From a virus, in the IMG/VR virus record IMGVR_UViG_3300032246_000381, positions 8,446-72,445 of that record: a stretch of 64,000 nucleotides of DNA; one strand, 5' to 3'. Each line of letters starts with the position of its first letter. Position 1 is the first letter of the stretch. The position numbers and the translations under genes are program-made. Positions 46,477 through 56,803 of this stretch are shown piece after piece. Under the pieces are notes generated by a model. That model was not told the origin of the DNA. It did not search any database and saw only the letters and a list, made by a program, of their open reading frames with translations.

Positions 46477-46827
46477 ATGGAAGACCAACTTCAAACTGCG
46501 CTAAACTTTGCCAATTACCGGCAATCTTTTTCAATCCAACGTAAAACCCTAAAAGAAAAAATCGAAGCTAAACTAACCTACGGCTTTGGTGGCGGCATCT
46601 TTAAAATTGATAGAGAGTTGATTAGTTTTACACAGACCCTAATTGACAAAGAGCGTGCCTTTGGTGTAGTTATGTTAGATCAAAATGATAATCCCGTGTT
46701 AGTAGATGATCTACAGCATTTCCAAGATGACATTATTTCAAGATATTTCGAAGCAACAAACGAATATTTTGAACAGTATCAAAATTTAAAGAAAAGCAGA
46801 ACTGTGGAAAAATTATTAGACCTATGA
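46477..46827 (+). CDS. hypothetical phage protein
   Basis: ORF with a GGAG RBS before ATG 46477; overlaps the next gene (ATGA). Confidence 0.75.
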   Translation: MEDQLQTALNFANYRQSFSIQRKTLKEKIEAKLTYGFGGGIFKIDRELISFTQTLIDKERAFGVVMLDQNDNPVLVDDLQHFQDDIISRYFEATNEYFEQYQNLKKSRTVEKLLDL

Positions 46828-47690
46828 AAAAAGGTGCATTGATTTTTGCTCACAATAATAGAGACGTTGACTATGCGTTGATGTCCCTAATTTCAGGCGG
46901 CCTAGCTAAAAAGCATCTAGGAATTCCAGTGACATTAGTTACAGATGAAACTACGTTAGCCTGGATGAAGCAGTCGAACATATATCAACGATCTACAGAA
47001 GTATTTGAAAATATTATTACAGTTGAAAAACCAGTTACTGAGAATCAACGTAGGCTATGGGACGGAGTTGAACTTAACAAAGTAGTGCCTTTTGCAAATT
47101 CTAATCGAGCATCGGCCTACGATATCACTCCCTATGATCGTACACTGCTGTTAGATAGTGATTTTTTAATTTTTTCAAATAGACTAAATGAGTTTTGGGA
47201 TTCTGAAGAAGATGTATTGATTGCAGATTCAATGAATGATATCTACGGTCCTAGTCGCGTTGGATATCACGACAAATATATTTCAGATACTGGAATCCAT
47301 ATGTTCTGGGCCACTACTGTTATGTTTACTAAAAATGAATATAGCAGAGAATTTTTTAATCTAGTGAATTTTGTTAGAACCAACTATCAATATTACGGTG
47401 ATCTTTTTAGATTTAATACTCAGCAGTATAGAAATGATATTGCATTTAGTATTGCCAAACACATAATGTCTGGTTTTGAAACCGATCGAACAACAGCCTT
47501 ACCGCCATTGCTTACAACTATTGATAAAGACATTTTACATAGTGTAGACTCTAACGGTAAATTAACATTTTTAGTTTCTCCTATGTTTGATTCTAATATG
47601 TGTGCCGCTGCAATTAAAAATACTGATGTACACGTTATGAATAAACAAAGTCTTGTGCGTAACGCAGATGCACTATTGGAGCTAATATGA
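46824..47690 (+). CDS. putative GT-A fold glycosyltransferase (GT8-like)
   Basis: TPYDRTLLLDSD (DxD), FWATTVMF, YRNDIAFSIA. Confidence 0.65.
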   Translation: MKKGALIFAHNNRDVDYALMSLISGGLAKKHLGIPVTLVTDETTLAWMKQSNIYQRSTEVFENIITVEKPVTENQRRLWDGVELNKVVPFANSNRASAYDITPYDRTLLLDSDFLIFSNRLNEFWDSEEDVLIADSMNDIYGPSRVGYHDKYISDTGIHMFWATTVMFTKNEYSREFFNLVNFVRTNYQYYGDLFRFNTQQYRNDIAFSIAKHIMSGFETDRTTALPPLLTTIDKDILHSVDSNGKLTFLVSPMFDSNMCAAAIKNTDVHVMNKQSLVRNADALLELI

Positions 47691-48526
47691 ACTTTGGATA
47701 TCTAATAGTTGTTTCGACCTCGAGTGAAGTTGATTACACACAGTTAGCCTATGCGCTGGCCTTAAGTATTAAAAACACACAGAAACCAGGTTACGATAAA
47801 GTTGCATTGGTGATAGACGATCCACAACAGATAACACGCTTTAATTCTACCTGGGTATTTGATCACGTAATTCATTGGGACAAGGAAGTGTATTGGGATG
47901 GTCGTAGTTGGATGGATCAATTATCACCGTTTGACGAAACAGTTTGCCTTGATGCCGATATGTTATTTTTAAGAGATTACAGTCATTGGATTGATTATTT
48001 TGTTGAAAATGCGGAATTGTATATCGCAAACAAAGCCTATACCTATAGAGGCGAGACAGTTACCTCAGACGAGTATAGGAGAACATTTACTAAAAATAAT
48101 TTACCTAACTTATATTCGATGTATACCTTCTTTAAAAAAGATAGCAAATTAGCTAAAGAGTTTTTTACTCTAGGAAGATATATTCTTAAAAATCCAAAAG
48201 AGTTTAGTAATTTATTTTTATCAGTAAACAAGCCAAAGGTAGTTGGTACAGACGAAGCGTTTGCTCTATCTGCTAAACTACTTGACATAACAGATGATGT
48301 TGCCTACGAATTAGAGTTTCCAAGGATAGTCCATATGAAGCCAATGGTACAGAATTGGCCGTGGCCTGCAGACAGTGTATCAGACCACGTGGGATTCTAT
48401 CTTAATAAAAAAGGTCAGTTAAAGATAGGAAACTATCAACAATCGGACATTGTGCATTATGTTGAAAAAGATAAGATTAATACAGAAATGATCAATATCT
48501 TAGAGGAGATAGCGTGGAAGAAATAA
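47687..48526 (+). CDS. putative GT-A fold glycosyltransferase (GT8-like), paralogue of the previous gene
   Basis: SPFDETVCLDADMLF (DxD), TDEAFALSA, HMK, HY motifs. Confidence 0.65.
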   Translation: MNFGYLIVVSTSSEVDYTQLAYALALSIKNTQKPGYDKVALVIDDPQQITRFNSTWVFDHVIHWDKEVYWDGRSWMDQLSPFDETVCLDADMLFLRDYSHWIDYFVENAELYIANKAYTYRGETVTSDEYRRTFTKNNLPNLYSMYTFFKKDSKLAKEFFTLGRYILKNPKEFSNLFLSVNKPKVVGTDEAFALSAKLLDITDDVAYELEFPRIVHMKPMVQNWPWPADSVSDHVGFYLNKKGQLKIGNYQQSDIVHYVEKDKINTEMINILEEIAWKK

Positions 48527-49146
48527 TTGACGATTTTGAATCTTGGCTAAAAAACTATACTCCCGTAGAGATAGATTATTATGCAACGTTCGATCCTGAT
48601 ACTGGTAAGGTCACTTCGGTAGGACCATCCTATGCGTTTGCTGATGAAAAGAATAAAATTGCTATCGACAGAGAAATGGCAGAGTTAATATTAGAAGGAA
48701 AGATCAATATACATTCTTGTGTAATCGATATGCGATCAAATACACTTGAAATCGCAGAATTAAAATCTGTGTTTAAGATCGACGATGTACTGCATAGAAT
48801 AATTTCTAAAGAATGGTCTGAAATCGAAAAGCCGGATATCTATATCACATACGATAGAAGTAAAAAATCTTTGAAATTTCAAATGACTGAGGAATTTTCT
48901 GGAACTTATAAATTAGATAAACAGTTCCAGCCTGTAGTGCAGCGTAAGATTTATTGGGACGGAGAAACAGTAATGAATTTTTTAATAACTGATTACAACG
49001 ATCCTAATATTTTACACAAAATGATTTCTTTAAAAATATCCGATTTAATTGCAGCATCTAAAACTTTTAGAAGTTTAGATCTACCAGAAGCATTTAGCGT
49101 TTACACCAGACGCATTTTTAAAAATTATGTTATTGAAATAAAATGA
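48514..49146 (+). CDS. hypothetical protein
   Basis: 210-aa ORF with a GTG start after GAGGAG; overlaps both neighbours. Confidence 0.7.
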   Translation: MEEIIDDFESWLKNYTPVEIDYYATFDPDTGKVTSVGPSYAFADEKNKIAIDREMAELILEGKINIHSCVIDMRSNTLEIAELKSVFKIDDVLHRIISKEWSEIEKPDIYITYDRSKKSLKFQMTEEFSGTYKLDKQFQPVVQRKIYWDGETVMNFLITDYNDPNILHKMISLKISDLIAASKTFRSLDLPEAFSVYTRRIFKNYVIEIK

Positions 49147-50036
49147 AAATTATAGAATTTGATGTTGTATTTTTAAGCTACGATGAGCCGAATGCTGATC
49201 TACACTATGCAGATTTATGTAACAAGGTTCCTTGGGCAAAGCGTGTTCACGGAGTTAAAGGCAGCGACCACGCACATAAAGCAGCAGCAGAAATGAGTGA
49301 AACAGAATGGTTTATTACTGTAGATGCTGATAACATTGTAGATCCTACGTTTTTCAATCTAGAACTTGATATGACAGATCCTAAGATACAGGTCTATGGA
49401 TGGTGTGGTCGTAATAGTATCAATGGTCTGCGTTACGGAAACGGTGGACTGAAGATCTGGAAAAAAGACTTTGTGCTTAATATGAAAACCCACGAAAACT
49501 CAGATAGCGATCGCGGCCAAGTAGACTTTTGCTGGGAAGATGGTTATAAAAACTTTCCACGTATCTACAGTGAAAGCATTATTACAGGATCTCCATTCCA
49601 AGCCTGGCGGGCAGGATTCCGTGAAGGCGTCAAGATGACTTTACTTGACGGAGTTAAAGTTCCTCCACAAGAAATTAAAGAACGCATATGGTGGCATAAC
49701 ATTCATAGACTGCGTATGTGGTCAACAGTTGGGGCCCACGAAGAAAACGGAATCTATGCAATTCTTGGAGCTCGACTAGGGACGTGGATGACCAATTGTA
49801 CTGATTGGAATTATGTTGATGTGCGTGACTTTGAAATATTGAGAACTATGTATGAAGAAAATATCAAGCACGATAATATTGAAGCGGATATTATAGAGGT
49901 TGGAGAAAAATTAAAAGTAGAGTTGGGTCTCGATTGGCCACTGCTTGATGCAGCACAAAGCAAGTACACCCTAGATTTATACGATGAAACAATTAATCTA
50001 GGTTTAACCTATTATAGAATGCCTGACAATGTATGA
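49143..50036 (+). CDS. putative glycosyltransferase (GT2-like, DxD)
   Basis: DVVFLSYDEP, RVHGVKG..AH, VDADN, YGNGGLK, AWRAGFREGVK. Confidence 0.7.
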   Translation: MKIIEFDVVFLSYDEPNADLHYADLCNKVPWAKRVHGVKGSDHAHKAAAEMSETEWFITVDADNIVDPTFFNLELDMTDPKIQVYGWCGRNSINGLRYGNGGLKIWKKDFVLNMKTHENSDSDRGQVDFCWEDGYKNFPRIYSESIITGSPFQAWRAGFREGVKMTLLDGVKVPPQEIKERIWWHNIHRLRMWSTVGAHEENGIYAILGARLGTWMTNCTDWNYVDVRDFEILRTMYEENIKHDNIEADIIEVGEKLKVELGLDWPLLDAAQSKYTLDLYDETINLGLTYYRMPDNV

Positions 50037-51099
50037 TATTTTTTATGTTGGTAAGGGGGCGATCAGCAATACTGCTTGGGAAGAATTCAGGCAGAGATAT
50101 CCTAACGCACAAAAATTAGAAAACGTAAAGTCTTTTGAAGAAGTAAAACGCAGAGCTTTTACTAAAATGTTTTGGGTAGTATGGGATTATGTTTTATTAG
50201 ACCCAGAATTTAATTTAGATTATCGTGTGCCTAAGTGGGATGAAAAATACGTTCACGTATTTAAGAACGGCAACTTCTATGACGGTATCTGTATATTTCC
50301 TAAGAATGCACGTATACTGCAACGAGAATGGGAATATAGATTCTTTACAAATAAAAAAGAAATGGACACAGTGGCCAGTTACCCAAGAAAATATGACGTA
50401 GTTTTTATTTCGTACAATGAACCGTCTGCAGAGACAAATTTTTCTGCACTGCTAACACATATAGATGGTAATCGAGTACATTGGGTTCAAGGAGTTAAGG
50501 GCATACACCAAGCACATATTGAAGCGGCTAAGCGTGTTTCCACAGATATGTTCTATGTTGTAGATGCTGATGCTGATATTGCAGATAGTTTTAAATTTGA
50601 TTATCAAATCCCGCATTTTGATTTTAATGCAAAAAACACAGTGTATGTTTGGCAAAGTCAAAATCCAGTGAACGATCTAGTATATGGATATGGTGGAGTT
50701 AAATTATTACCAACGCAGATGACTATTGATATGGATCTGTCTAAAGCAGATATGACAACTAGCATATCAAAGCTATTTCGTCCAATGCCAGAAATTAGTA
50801 ATGTTACTCGATTTAATACTGATGCATTTAGTACCTGGCGTAGTGCATTCCGTGAATGTTGTAAATTAGCCAGCAGAGTAATTGATCGTCAAGACGATAA
50901 AGAAACACAGCAGCGATTGGAAGCGTGGAACACACTCAATGAATCTGTACCATACGGTGCTTACGCATATATGGGTGCAATAGCAGGAAAGTATTTTGGC
51001 CTGTTCTGGCAAAACGCACCTGCTGAGTTGGCAAAGATAAATGACTTTGACTGGCTGAAAGAACAATTTGAATTAGCAAAGGAAAATCTAAATGGATGA
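50029..51099 (+). CDS. putative glycosyltransferase with a degenerate duplicated N-terminal domain
   Basis: The C-terminal half (DVVFISYNEP..GVKGIHQAH..VDAD..YGYGGVKL..WRSAFRECCKL) parallels the previous gene. The N-terminal half (YDIFY..MFWVVWD) is a decayed copy. Confidence 0.7.
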   Translation: MYDIFYVGKGAISNTAWEEFRQRYPNAQKLENVKSFEEVKRRAFTKMFWVVWDYVLLDPEFNLDYRVPKWDEKYVHVFKNGNFYDGICIFPKNARILQREWEYRFFTNKKEMDTVASYPRKYDVVFISYNEPSAETNFSALLTHIDGNRVHWVQGVKGIHQAHIEAAKRVSTDMFYVVDADADIADSFKFDYQIPHFDFNAKNTVYVWQSQNPVNDLVYGYGGVKLLPTQMTIDMDLSKADMTTSISKLFRPMPEISNVTRFNTDAFSTWRSAFRECCKLASRVIDRQDDKETQQRLEAWNTLNESVPYGAYAYMGAIAGKYFGLFWQNAPAELAKINDFDWLKEQFELAKENLNG

Positions 51100-52456
51100 C
51101 AAGGCACGGATACAAAAATTCATTCCTATAATGAATGAAATCAGTCCTACGTTTTGTCTAGCGAAATGGCATCATACGACTATCTATTTGCAAACAGGAG
51201 AAACACATAGTTGTTATCATCCTGCTCCACATAAAATTCCGTTAGAAGAAATTGCATTAGATCCTAGTGCATTACATAACACTAAAGAAAAGATTAATCA
51301 ACGTGCTGAAATGATGGCAGGACAAAAACCTAGTGGTTGCAATTACTGTTGGAATATCGAAGCAATGGGCGAAGACTATATCAGCGATCGCAAAGAACGT
51401 AATGCAAGTATCTATACTGAAGAAAGACTAGGAGCTATTAAAGCCGATCCCCTAGCTCCGGTAAATCCGCAATATATTGAAATCAGTTTTGGCAACGAGT
51501 GCAATTTTAAATGCGGCTACTGTCATCCTAAACATAGCAGTGCATATCATAAAGAGATTAAAGATTTCGGACCATATAATATGGTTAAGAATCATCGTAA
51601 TGATATTAACTGGTTTACAGTCTATGAAGAAGAAACCAATCCCTATGTTGAAGCGTGGTGGCGTTGGTGGCCCGAAGTTAGCAAGACATTGACAATTTTA
51701 CGCATCACTGGCGGCGAGCCGCTGCTACAACAATCAACTTGGAGACTTTTAGATGAGCTTAATAATAATCCTAAACCTAATCTTGAGCTTAACATTAATA
51801 GCAACTTCGGGGTCAAACCGATCCTCATCGATCGACTCGTAGAGAAAGTAAACAAACTATTAAGTGAAAAGAAAATCAAAGACTTTAAACTGTTTACTAG
51901 TATTGATACTTGGGGCAAACCTGCAGAATATATTCGAACAGGCCTAGATATTGCTGTATGGGAAAAGAATCTAGACACCTACCTAACAAAAACTAATCTG
52001 CCAGTTACATTTATGATTACATTTAATATTTTAACAGTAACAACTTTCCAAAGTCTATTAGAAAAGATTCTAGAATGGCGTGTAAAGTACAATGGTAACG
52101 ATCAAAACAAATGGCAACGCATACGCTTTGACACACCGTTTTTGAAAGAACCGTTGCAGTACGATATGAATATACTGCCCAAAGATGAGTTTATGAACTA
52201 TATGAAAAACCATCTAGACTTCATTCTAGCCAATCTAGACGATAAAAACCGCAGCAAATTCAACGACTTAGAGTATGCTAAATTTGAAAGAGTTGTAAAG
52301 TATATGGAAACGACTCAGTATACTAACGAGAAGCTGTTAGAAGGCAAACGCGACTTCTTTAATTGGTTTACCGAATATGACCGCCGTAGAGGCACAGATT
52401 TTGTTGCAACCTTCCCAGAATTGGAAAACTTTTATTATGACTGCCGCATCGTCTAA
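51092..52456 (+). CDS. radical SAM enzyme with N-terminal twitch/SPASM-like Cys cluster
   Basis: FCLAKW..SCYH..CNYC N-terminal cysteines; CNFKCGYC; ITGGEPL; DRRRG..F..TFPEL end. Confidence 0.9.
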   Translation: MDDKARIQKFIPIMNEISPTFCLAKWHHTTIYLQTGETHSCYHPAPHKIPLEEIALDPSALHNTKEKINQRAEMMAGQKPSGCNYCWNIEAMGEDYISDRKERNASIYTEERLGAIKADPLAPVNPQYIEISFGNECNFKCGYCHPKHSSAYHKEIKDFGPYNMVKNHRNDINWFTVYEEETNPYVEAWWRWWPEVSKTLTILRITGGEPLLQQSTWRLLDELNNNPKPNLELNINSNFGVKPILIDRLVEKVNKLLSEKKIKDFKLFTSIDTWGKPAEYIRTGLDIAVWEKNLDTYLTKTNLPVTFMITFNILTVTTFQSLLEKILEWRVKYNGNDQNKWQRIRFDTPFLKEPLQYDMNILPKDEFMNYMKNHLDFILANLDDKNRSKFNDLEYAKFERVVKYMETTQYTNEKLLEGKRDFFNWFTEYDRRRGTDFVATFPELENFYYDCRIV

Positions 52457-53630
52457 GACATTCTGTATCCTACCCTGGGTACACTTCTACTCCAATCCGG
52501 ATGGCAGCGTCCTGCCCTGTTGTATTGGCGATCATAATAAGCCCTTAGGTAATGTTCGCAATAATACTGTAAAAGAAATCTGGAATAACGATCAGTATAA
52601 AACAATGCGTTTAAAGATGCTCAATGGAGAACGCTGTGATGAATGTTCTGCTTGTTATCATAGTGAAGATAACGGTATAAAAAGTTCACGTCAGGTAAAG
52701 AATTTAGATTTTCAAGAGTTTAATAAATTTGCCTATTTTACAAATCCGGACGGATCTCTAGACGAAATGAATCTTAAGTATTTGGATATTCGGTGGAGCA
52801 ATATATGTAATTTTAAATGCCGCAGTTGCAGTGGGACGTATTCGAGTAGTTGGGCCACCGAGGATAATAAAAACGGATTTAATCGAGATGTTTTTATATT
52901 CTCCGGAGGTGTTAATAATGACAGCCTGTATGAACAGTTATTGCCGCATATTGATACAGTTAAAGAGATTTACTTTGCTGGCGGAGAACCATTGTTAATG
53001 GACAAGCATTACGAAATGCTACAACATTTAATCGATACCGGCAACACCAATGTGCGTATTCGTTATAGTACAAATCTAAGTACGATCGAGTATAAAAGAA
53101 AATCCATAGTAGACTATTGGAAACATTTTTCACGAGTAGAAGCGTTTGTCAGTTTAGATAGTTGGGCCGACCGAGGCGAGTATATCCGTGAAGGAACCGA
53201 TTGGCCACTGTTAGAAAATAATATAAGATATATTAGAGAACACGCACCGCACATTAAACTTGAAATTGCATCAGTTATTTCTGTGTTTAATGTCTATACC
53301 TTACCTGAGTTTTTAAATTATATCTACGATAATAATTTGTTTGATCGTACAATATCACGTCCAAGTTTTTACAATTTGATAAACCCGCACTACTACAGTT
53401 ACAGTATTTTAAATGACGATTTAAAAAATAGAATAATAGAAAAACTTTCAGCAGTATCTTATAGTCCAGCAATTGATAATCAAATTAATAATGTCCTATC
53501 GCATCTTAAAAATTCAATCTATAATGAAGAACTAAAAAATGAATTTTTAAATGTGACCGACCATTATGATGAAATTCGAAACAGACATTTTGTAAAGACA
53601 TTTCCAGAGTTAGCGGAGTTATATTCTTGA
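52437..53630 (+). CDS. radical SAM enzyme with N-terminal twitch/SPASM-like Cys cluster
   Basis: FCILPW..PCC..CSAC; CNFKCRSC; FAGGEPL; TFPEL end. ATG at 52437 is preferred. Confidence 0.9.
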   Translation: MTAASSKTFCILPWVHFYSNPDGSVLPCCIGDHNKPLGNVRNNTVKEIWNNDQYKTMRLKMLNGERCDECSACYHSEDNGIKSSRQVKNLDFQEFNKFAYFTNPDGSLDEMNLKYLDIRWSNICNFKCRSCSGTYSSSWATEDNKNGFNRDVFIFSGGVNNDSLYEQLLPHIDTVKEIYFAGGEPLLMDKHYEMLQHLIDTGNTNVRIRYSTNLSTIEYKRKSIVDYWKHFSRVEAFVSLDSWADRGEYIREGTDWPLLENNIRYIREHAPHIKLEIASVISVFNVYTLPEFLNYIYDNNLFDRTISRPSFYNLINPHYYSYSILNDDLKNRIIEKLSAVSYSPAIDNQINNVLSHLKNSIYNEELKNEFLNVTDHYDEIRNRHFVKTFPELAELYS

Positions 53631-54865
53631 AAGCATACTTTGACAATTTAAAATTTTATGATTCTAATATGATTCATTTAACAGAGAATGGAGACAACAA
53701 GTTCTGGCTGGTATCTCCGGGATCTATCATCAAGAATAGATTATTAGAATACGGTATTCCGATCGCTACAGTTGATGAAGTTACTGACCCGGGCTGTTAT
53801 TTTATTGACGTAAATGGCGACCCGCAATGGTGGAACGGAGTTTTAAAAGATAAAGGTACTCCGCGAGATCATATTATATCAGTTATTCCAGATAAGATTA
53901 AAAAACTAGTTCGTAAGCGTTTATTAAGAATAGTCATTGCCGGTGATAAAGAAGGCGGAATGTTTGTGTCTCAAGATTTTGATTGTTTCCGAGCTACTAC
54001 TGATGCTATCCGTAATGCAGAGTTTCCAGCAGGATCTGTTTTGATATTACAAGGTAATATGAAAGTAGAACAGCAATACACCGAATGGTTAATAAAAAAC
54101 AACGAACAGAGATTGTTTGAAGTTATGTATTCTAATACATTTTTAAAAGTATTCTTTGATAAAGATGTTCCGCCTACGCCAGTGGTAACCTATTCTGTAA
54201 CAAATCCTAATGCATCGGATTATAACAGCCTTAACAGAATATTCAGACCGCATAGAGGAGCACATCTTTACAAGCTAGTTAAAGACAAGATATTAGACAA
54301 GGGATTAGTGAGTGCTAATCAAATATCCAAGTTAGATCGTACAGCAGTGCATCTAGCAGATACCAACCTAGTAGACTACGGAATAGTTATGACAACAAAC
54401 TTTCCTAAATTTATAGATGGTGATTGGTCACAAGATAACGCAGGCGGACAATACAATATTGATATCTATAAAAACAGTTTAATGACAGTTATTACAGAAA
54501 CTAAGTTTAATGAAGATACTATTTTTCCTACAGAAAAGATTTACAAGCCACTGGCACTAGGACATCCGTTAATTTTATTTGCATCGGCAGGTACATTGGC
54601 CGCAATGAGAACACTTGGTTTTAGAACAGATTGGTGTGGAATAGATTCGTCATACAATGATATTGAAGATGATATAGAACGTATGCAGGCCACACACAAT
54701 ATTTTATTAGATTGGGTTCGATTGCCTAGAGATGAAAAAATTAAAAGAATAATGTCATCAATGCCAACAATAGAACATAATTTTACATTATCTCGTAACA
54801 GCGATTTTCATAAAGACTCGTTACTTGAATCATTAAATAGATCCTTGAGGTACTTTAATGATTGA
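53627..54865 (+). CDS. putative GT-B glycosyltransferase-like protein
   Basis: LNR..RPHR and VITET..FPTEKIYKPL..HP..GF.T..D.SY.D motifs shared with two paralogues. Confidence 0.6.
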   Translation: MKAYFDNLKFYDSNMIHLTENGDNKFWLVSPGSIIKNRLLEYGIPIATVDEVTDPGCYFIDVNGDPQWWNGVLKDKGTPRDHIISVIPDKIKKLVRKRLLRIVIAGDKEGGMFVSQDFDCFRATTDAIRNAEFPAGSVLILQGNMKVEQQYTEWLIKNNEQRLFEVMYSNTFLKVFFDKDVPPTPVVTYSVTNPNASDYNSLNRIFRPHRGAHLYKLVKDKILDKGLVSANQISKLDRTAVHLADTNLVDYGIVMTTNFPKFIDGDWSQDNAGGQYNIDIYKNSLMTVITETKFNEDTIFPTEKIYKPLALGHPLILFASAGTLAAMRTLGFRTDWCGIDSSYNDIEDDIERMQATHNILLDWVRLPRDEKIKRIMSSMPTIEHNFTLSRNSDFHKDSLLESLNRSLRYFND

Positions 54866-55646
54866 ATTTAAAAAATATAAACGATTCTTTGCGTTTGGTT
54901 GTAGTATGACTGACTATTGGTGGCCTACCTGGGCAGATATAATTGGACAAGAAGTTAATGAATATTATAACTTTGCACAAAGCGGTGCTGGTAACGAGTT
55001 TATTGCTCTACAGGTAGCAGAAGCCAACCAACGATATAATTTTAGTAAAGACGATCTAGTTATGATTATGTGGTCTAGTACTACACGAGAAGATCGTTAT
55101 GTAAAACAGCGATGGGAAACTCCCGGAAATATCTATACACAAAATTATTATACTGATGAATTCATTAAGAAGTATAGCGACCTTCGCGGATATTTAATTA
55201 GAGACCTTGGATTGATAACTTTAACGTATCATATGTTAACTAAGTCGGAGTGTGAGTATCATATGCTTAATATGAGTCCATTTGTTGATCGTCCATCTAG
55301 ATACAATCATTATAATTCTGATGACCCTACTCAAGGGCTAGATGATGTAATGAATTTATATGAGCCGGTACTTAAACTGATTAAACCGGATCTGTTAACA
55401 GTAGGATGCAACGGTCAATGGCCGCAGATAAAAATGTATCATAATGAAAATCATACAATAGATTATCATCCGTCCCCAGCAATGCATCTTAGATACATTC
55501 AAAATATATTCTCTCAACTGGCGTTATCTGAGGAAACACTTAAATGGGTACAGTTACAGGAGGAGTTGGTTCGTAAATCTAATAACATTGATCAATTAGA
55601 TCCCAAGTCTTGGAAAAACAAAAGAATAAAGCGAAAAATCTTATAA
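54858..55646 (+). CDS. SGNH/GDSL-like hydrolase or acyltransferase
   Basis: FGCSMT (GxS block I), N.AQSGAGN, MWS..RED, DYHPSP (DxH). Confidence 0.6.
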   Translation: MIEFKKYKRFFAFGCSMTDYWWPTWADIIGQEVNEYYNFAQSGAGNEFIALQVAEANQRYNFSKDDLVMIMWSSTTREDRYVKQRWETPGNIYTQNYYTDEFIKKYSDLRGYLIRDLGLITLTYHMLTKSECEYHMLNMSPFVDRPSRYNHYNSDDPTQGLDDVMNLYEPVLKLIKPDLLTVGCNGQWPQIKMYHNENHTIDYHPSPAMHLRYIQNIFSQLALSEETLKWVQLQEELVRKSNNIDQLDPKSWKNKRIKRKIL

Positions 55647-56803
55647 TGCCTTGCGTAAACAATCCCAGTCCGTATCTAATAACATACGACCCATCTAATC
55701 CTAGACTAGAAATGACCACTTCTCGTGCAACTACAACTCGTAAAGGTGAAAGTTTTAACTATTGGTATTGTCAATTTAGCTGTCACAACAGTTTTAAATG
55801 CTACGATATATTTCAATTGATGTCTGCCAAAGATATCGATCGAGTAAAAAAAGGTAAACTGTTTATTGTATTAGACAACGGTCTTGAACCTTTCTTAAAA
55901 TCAGCAGACAGCATATATCATAATATTGTAATGAGAGGAATACCTGCCAAGCAGATCATCTTTATGAGCTCTGTCCCCAATATGGTCGACTATGTTAAAA
56001 TGCTATCGAGCCAGTTAGGTCAGGAGCCTATCCGTGTAGAATGGTACAGTCTGTTCGAAGAAGCGATGTGGGATGTTATAACACACCAATTAACGAAATC
56101 ACTAGACACACTGTCAAAAAAACAGTATAATAAGAAGTATATTAACTTCAATCGCCGGTGGAGATTGCATCGTCCGTTGATGTTAACAATGCTAAAGGAT
56201 AAAAATCTAATAGAACAAGGATATGTAAGTTTTGGAAAGAGTGATTTCCCACAAGACACCTGGCCTAGTAGATGGAATGAAATGCAAAGATACTATTCGG
56301 GCGATAGAGAGATACTAGATATATTAGATAGGAATAGCGATATACAGGATACGGATCCGTTGTATCTCGATACAGAGGATCTAGTAACTAATCGTGCTGA
56401 ACAGACTAACTCTACCGACAGGTATTATCTAGATACCTACTTTAGTTTGGTAAATGAAACTACCTATCATACTAAACCAGGATATGATGGAGTTCCATTC
56501 TGGAGCGAAAAGATTTTCAAATGTATTGGAATGCAGCATCCTTTCATTGTTGCCACCGCTCCTAATAGCTTGCAGTATCTAAAGCAGTTAGGATACAAAA
56601 CATTCGAAGGCATAATTGACGAAAGTTATGATCTTGAAACAGATGACGGCAAACGTATGATTAAGATTGTTAAAGAAACAGAAAGACTGTGTAACTTATT
56701 ACCAACTGAACTTGAATACTTTTTAGATCAAGCAAAGGCGATCTGTGAATATAATTATACTGTATTAAAAAATAAAACTGAATTTATTCGAGCAATGAAC
56801 TGA
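55646..56803 (+). CDS. putative GT-B glycosyltransferase-like protein
   Basis: NRRWRLHR, LVNET..SEKIFK..HPFI..LKQLGYKTF..IDESYD. ATG at 55646 overlaps the previous stop (TAATG). Confidence 0.62.
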   Translation: MPCVNNPSPYLITYDPSNPRLEMTTSRATTTRKGESFNYWYCQFSCHNSFKCYDIFQLMSAKDIDRVKKGKLFIVLDNGLEPFLKSADSIYHNIVMRGIPAKQIIFMSSVPNMVDYVKMLSSQLGQEPIRVEWYSLFEEAMWDVITHQLTKSLDTLSKKQYNKKYINFNRRWRLHRPLMLTMLKDKNLIEQGYVSFGKSDFPQDTWPSRWNEMQRYYSGDREILDILDRNSDIQDTDPLYLDTEDLVTNRAEQTNSTDRYYLDTYFSLVNETTYHTKPGYDGVPFWSEKIFKCIGMQHPFIVATAPNSLQYLKQLGYKTFEGIIDESYDLETDDGKRMIKIVKETERLCNLLPTELEYFLDQAKAICEYNYTVLKNKTEFIRAMN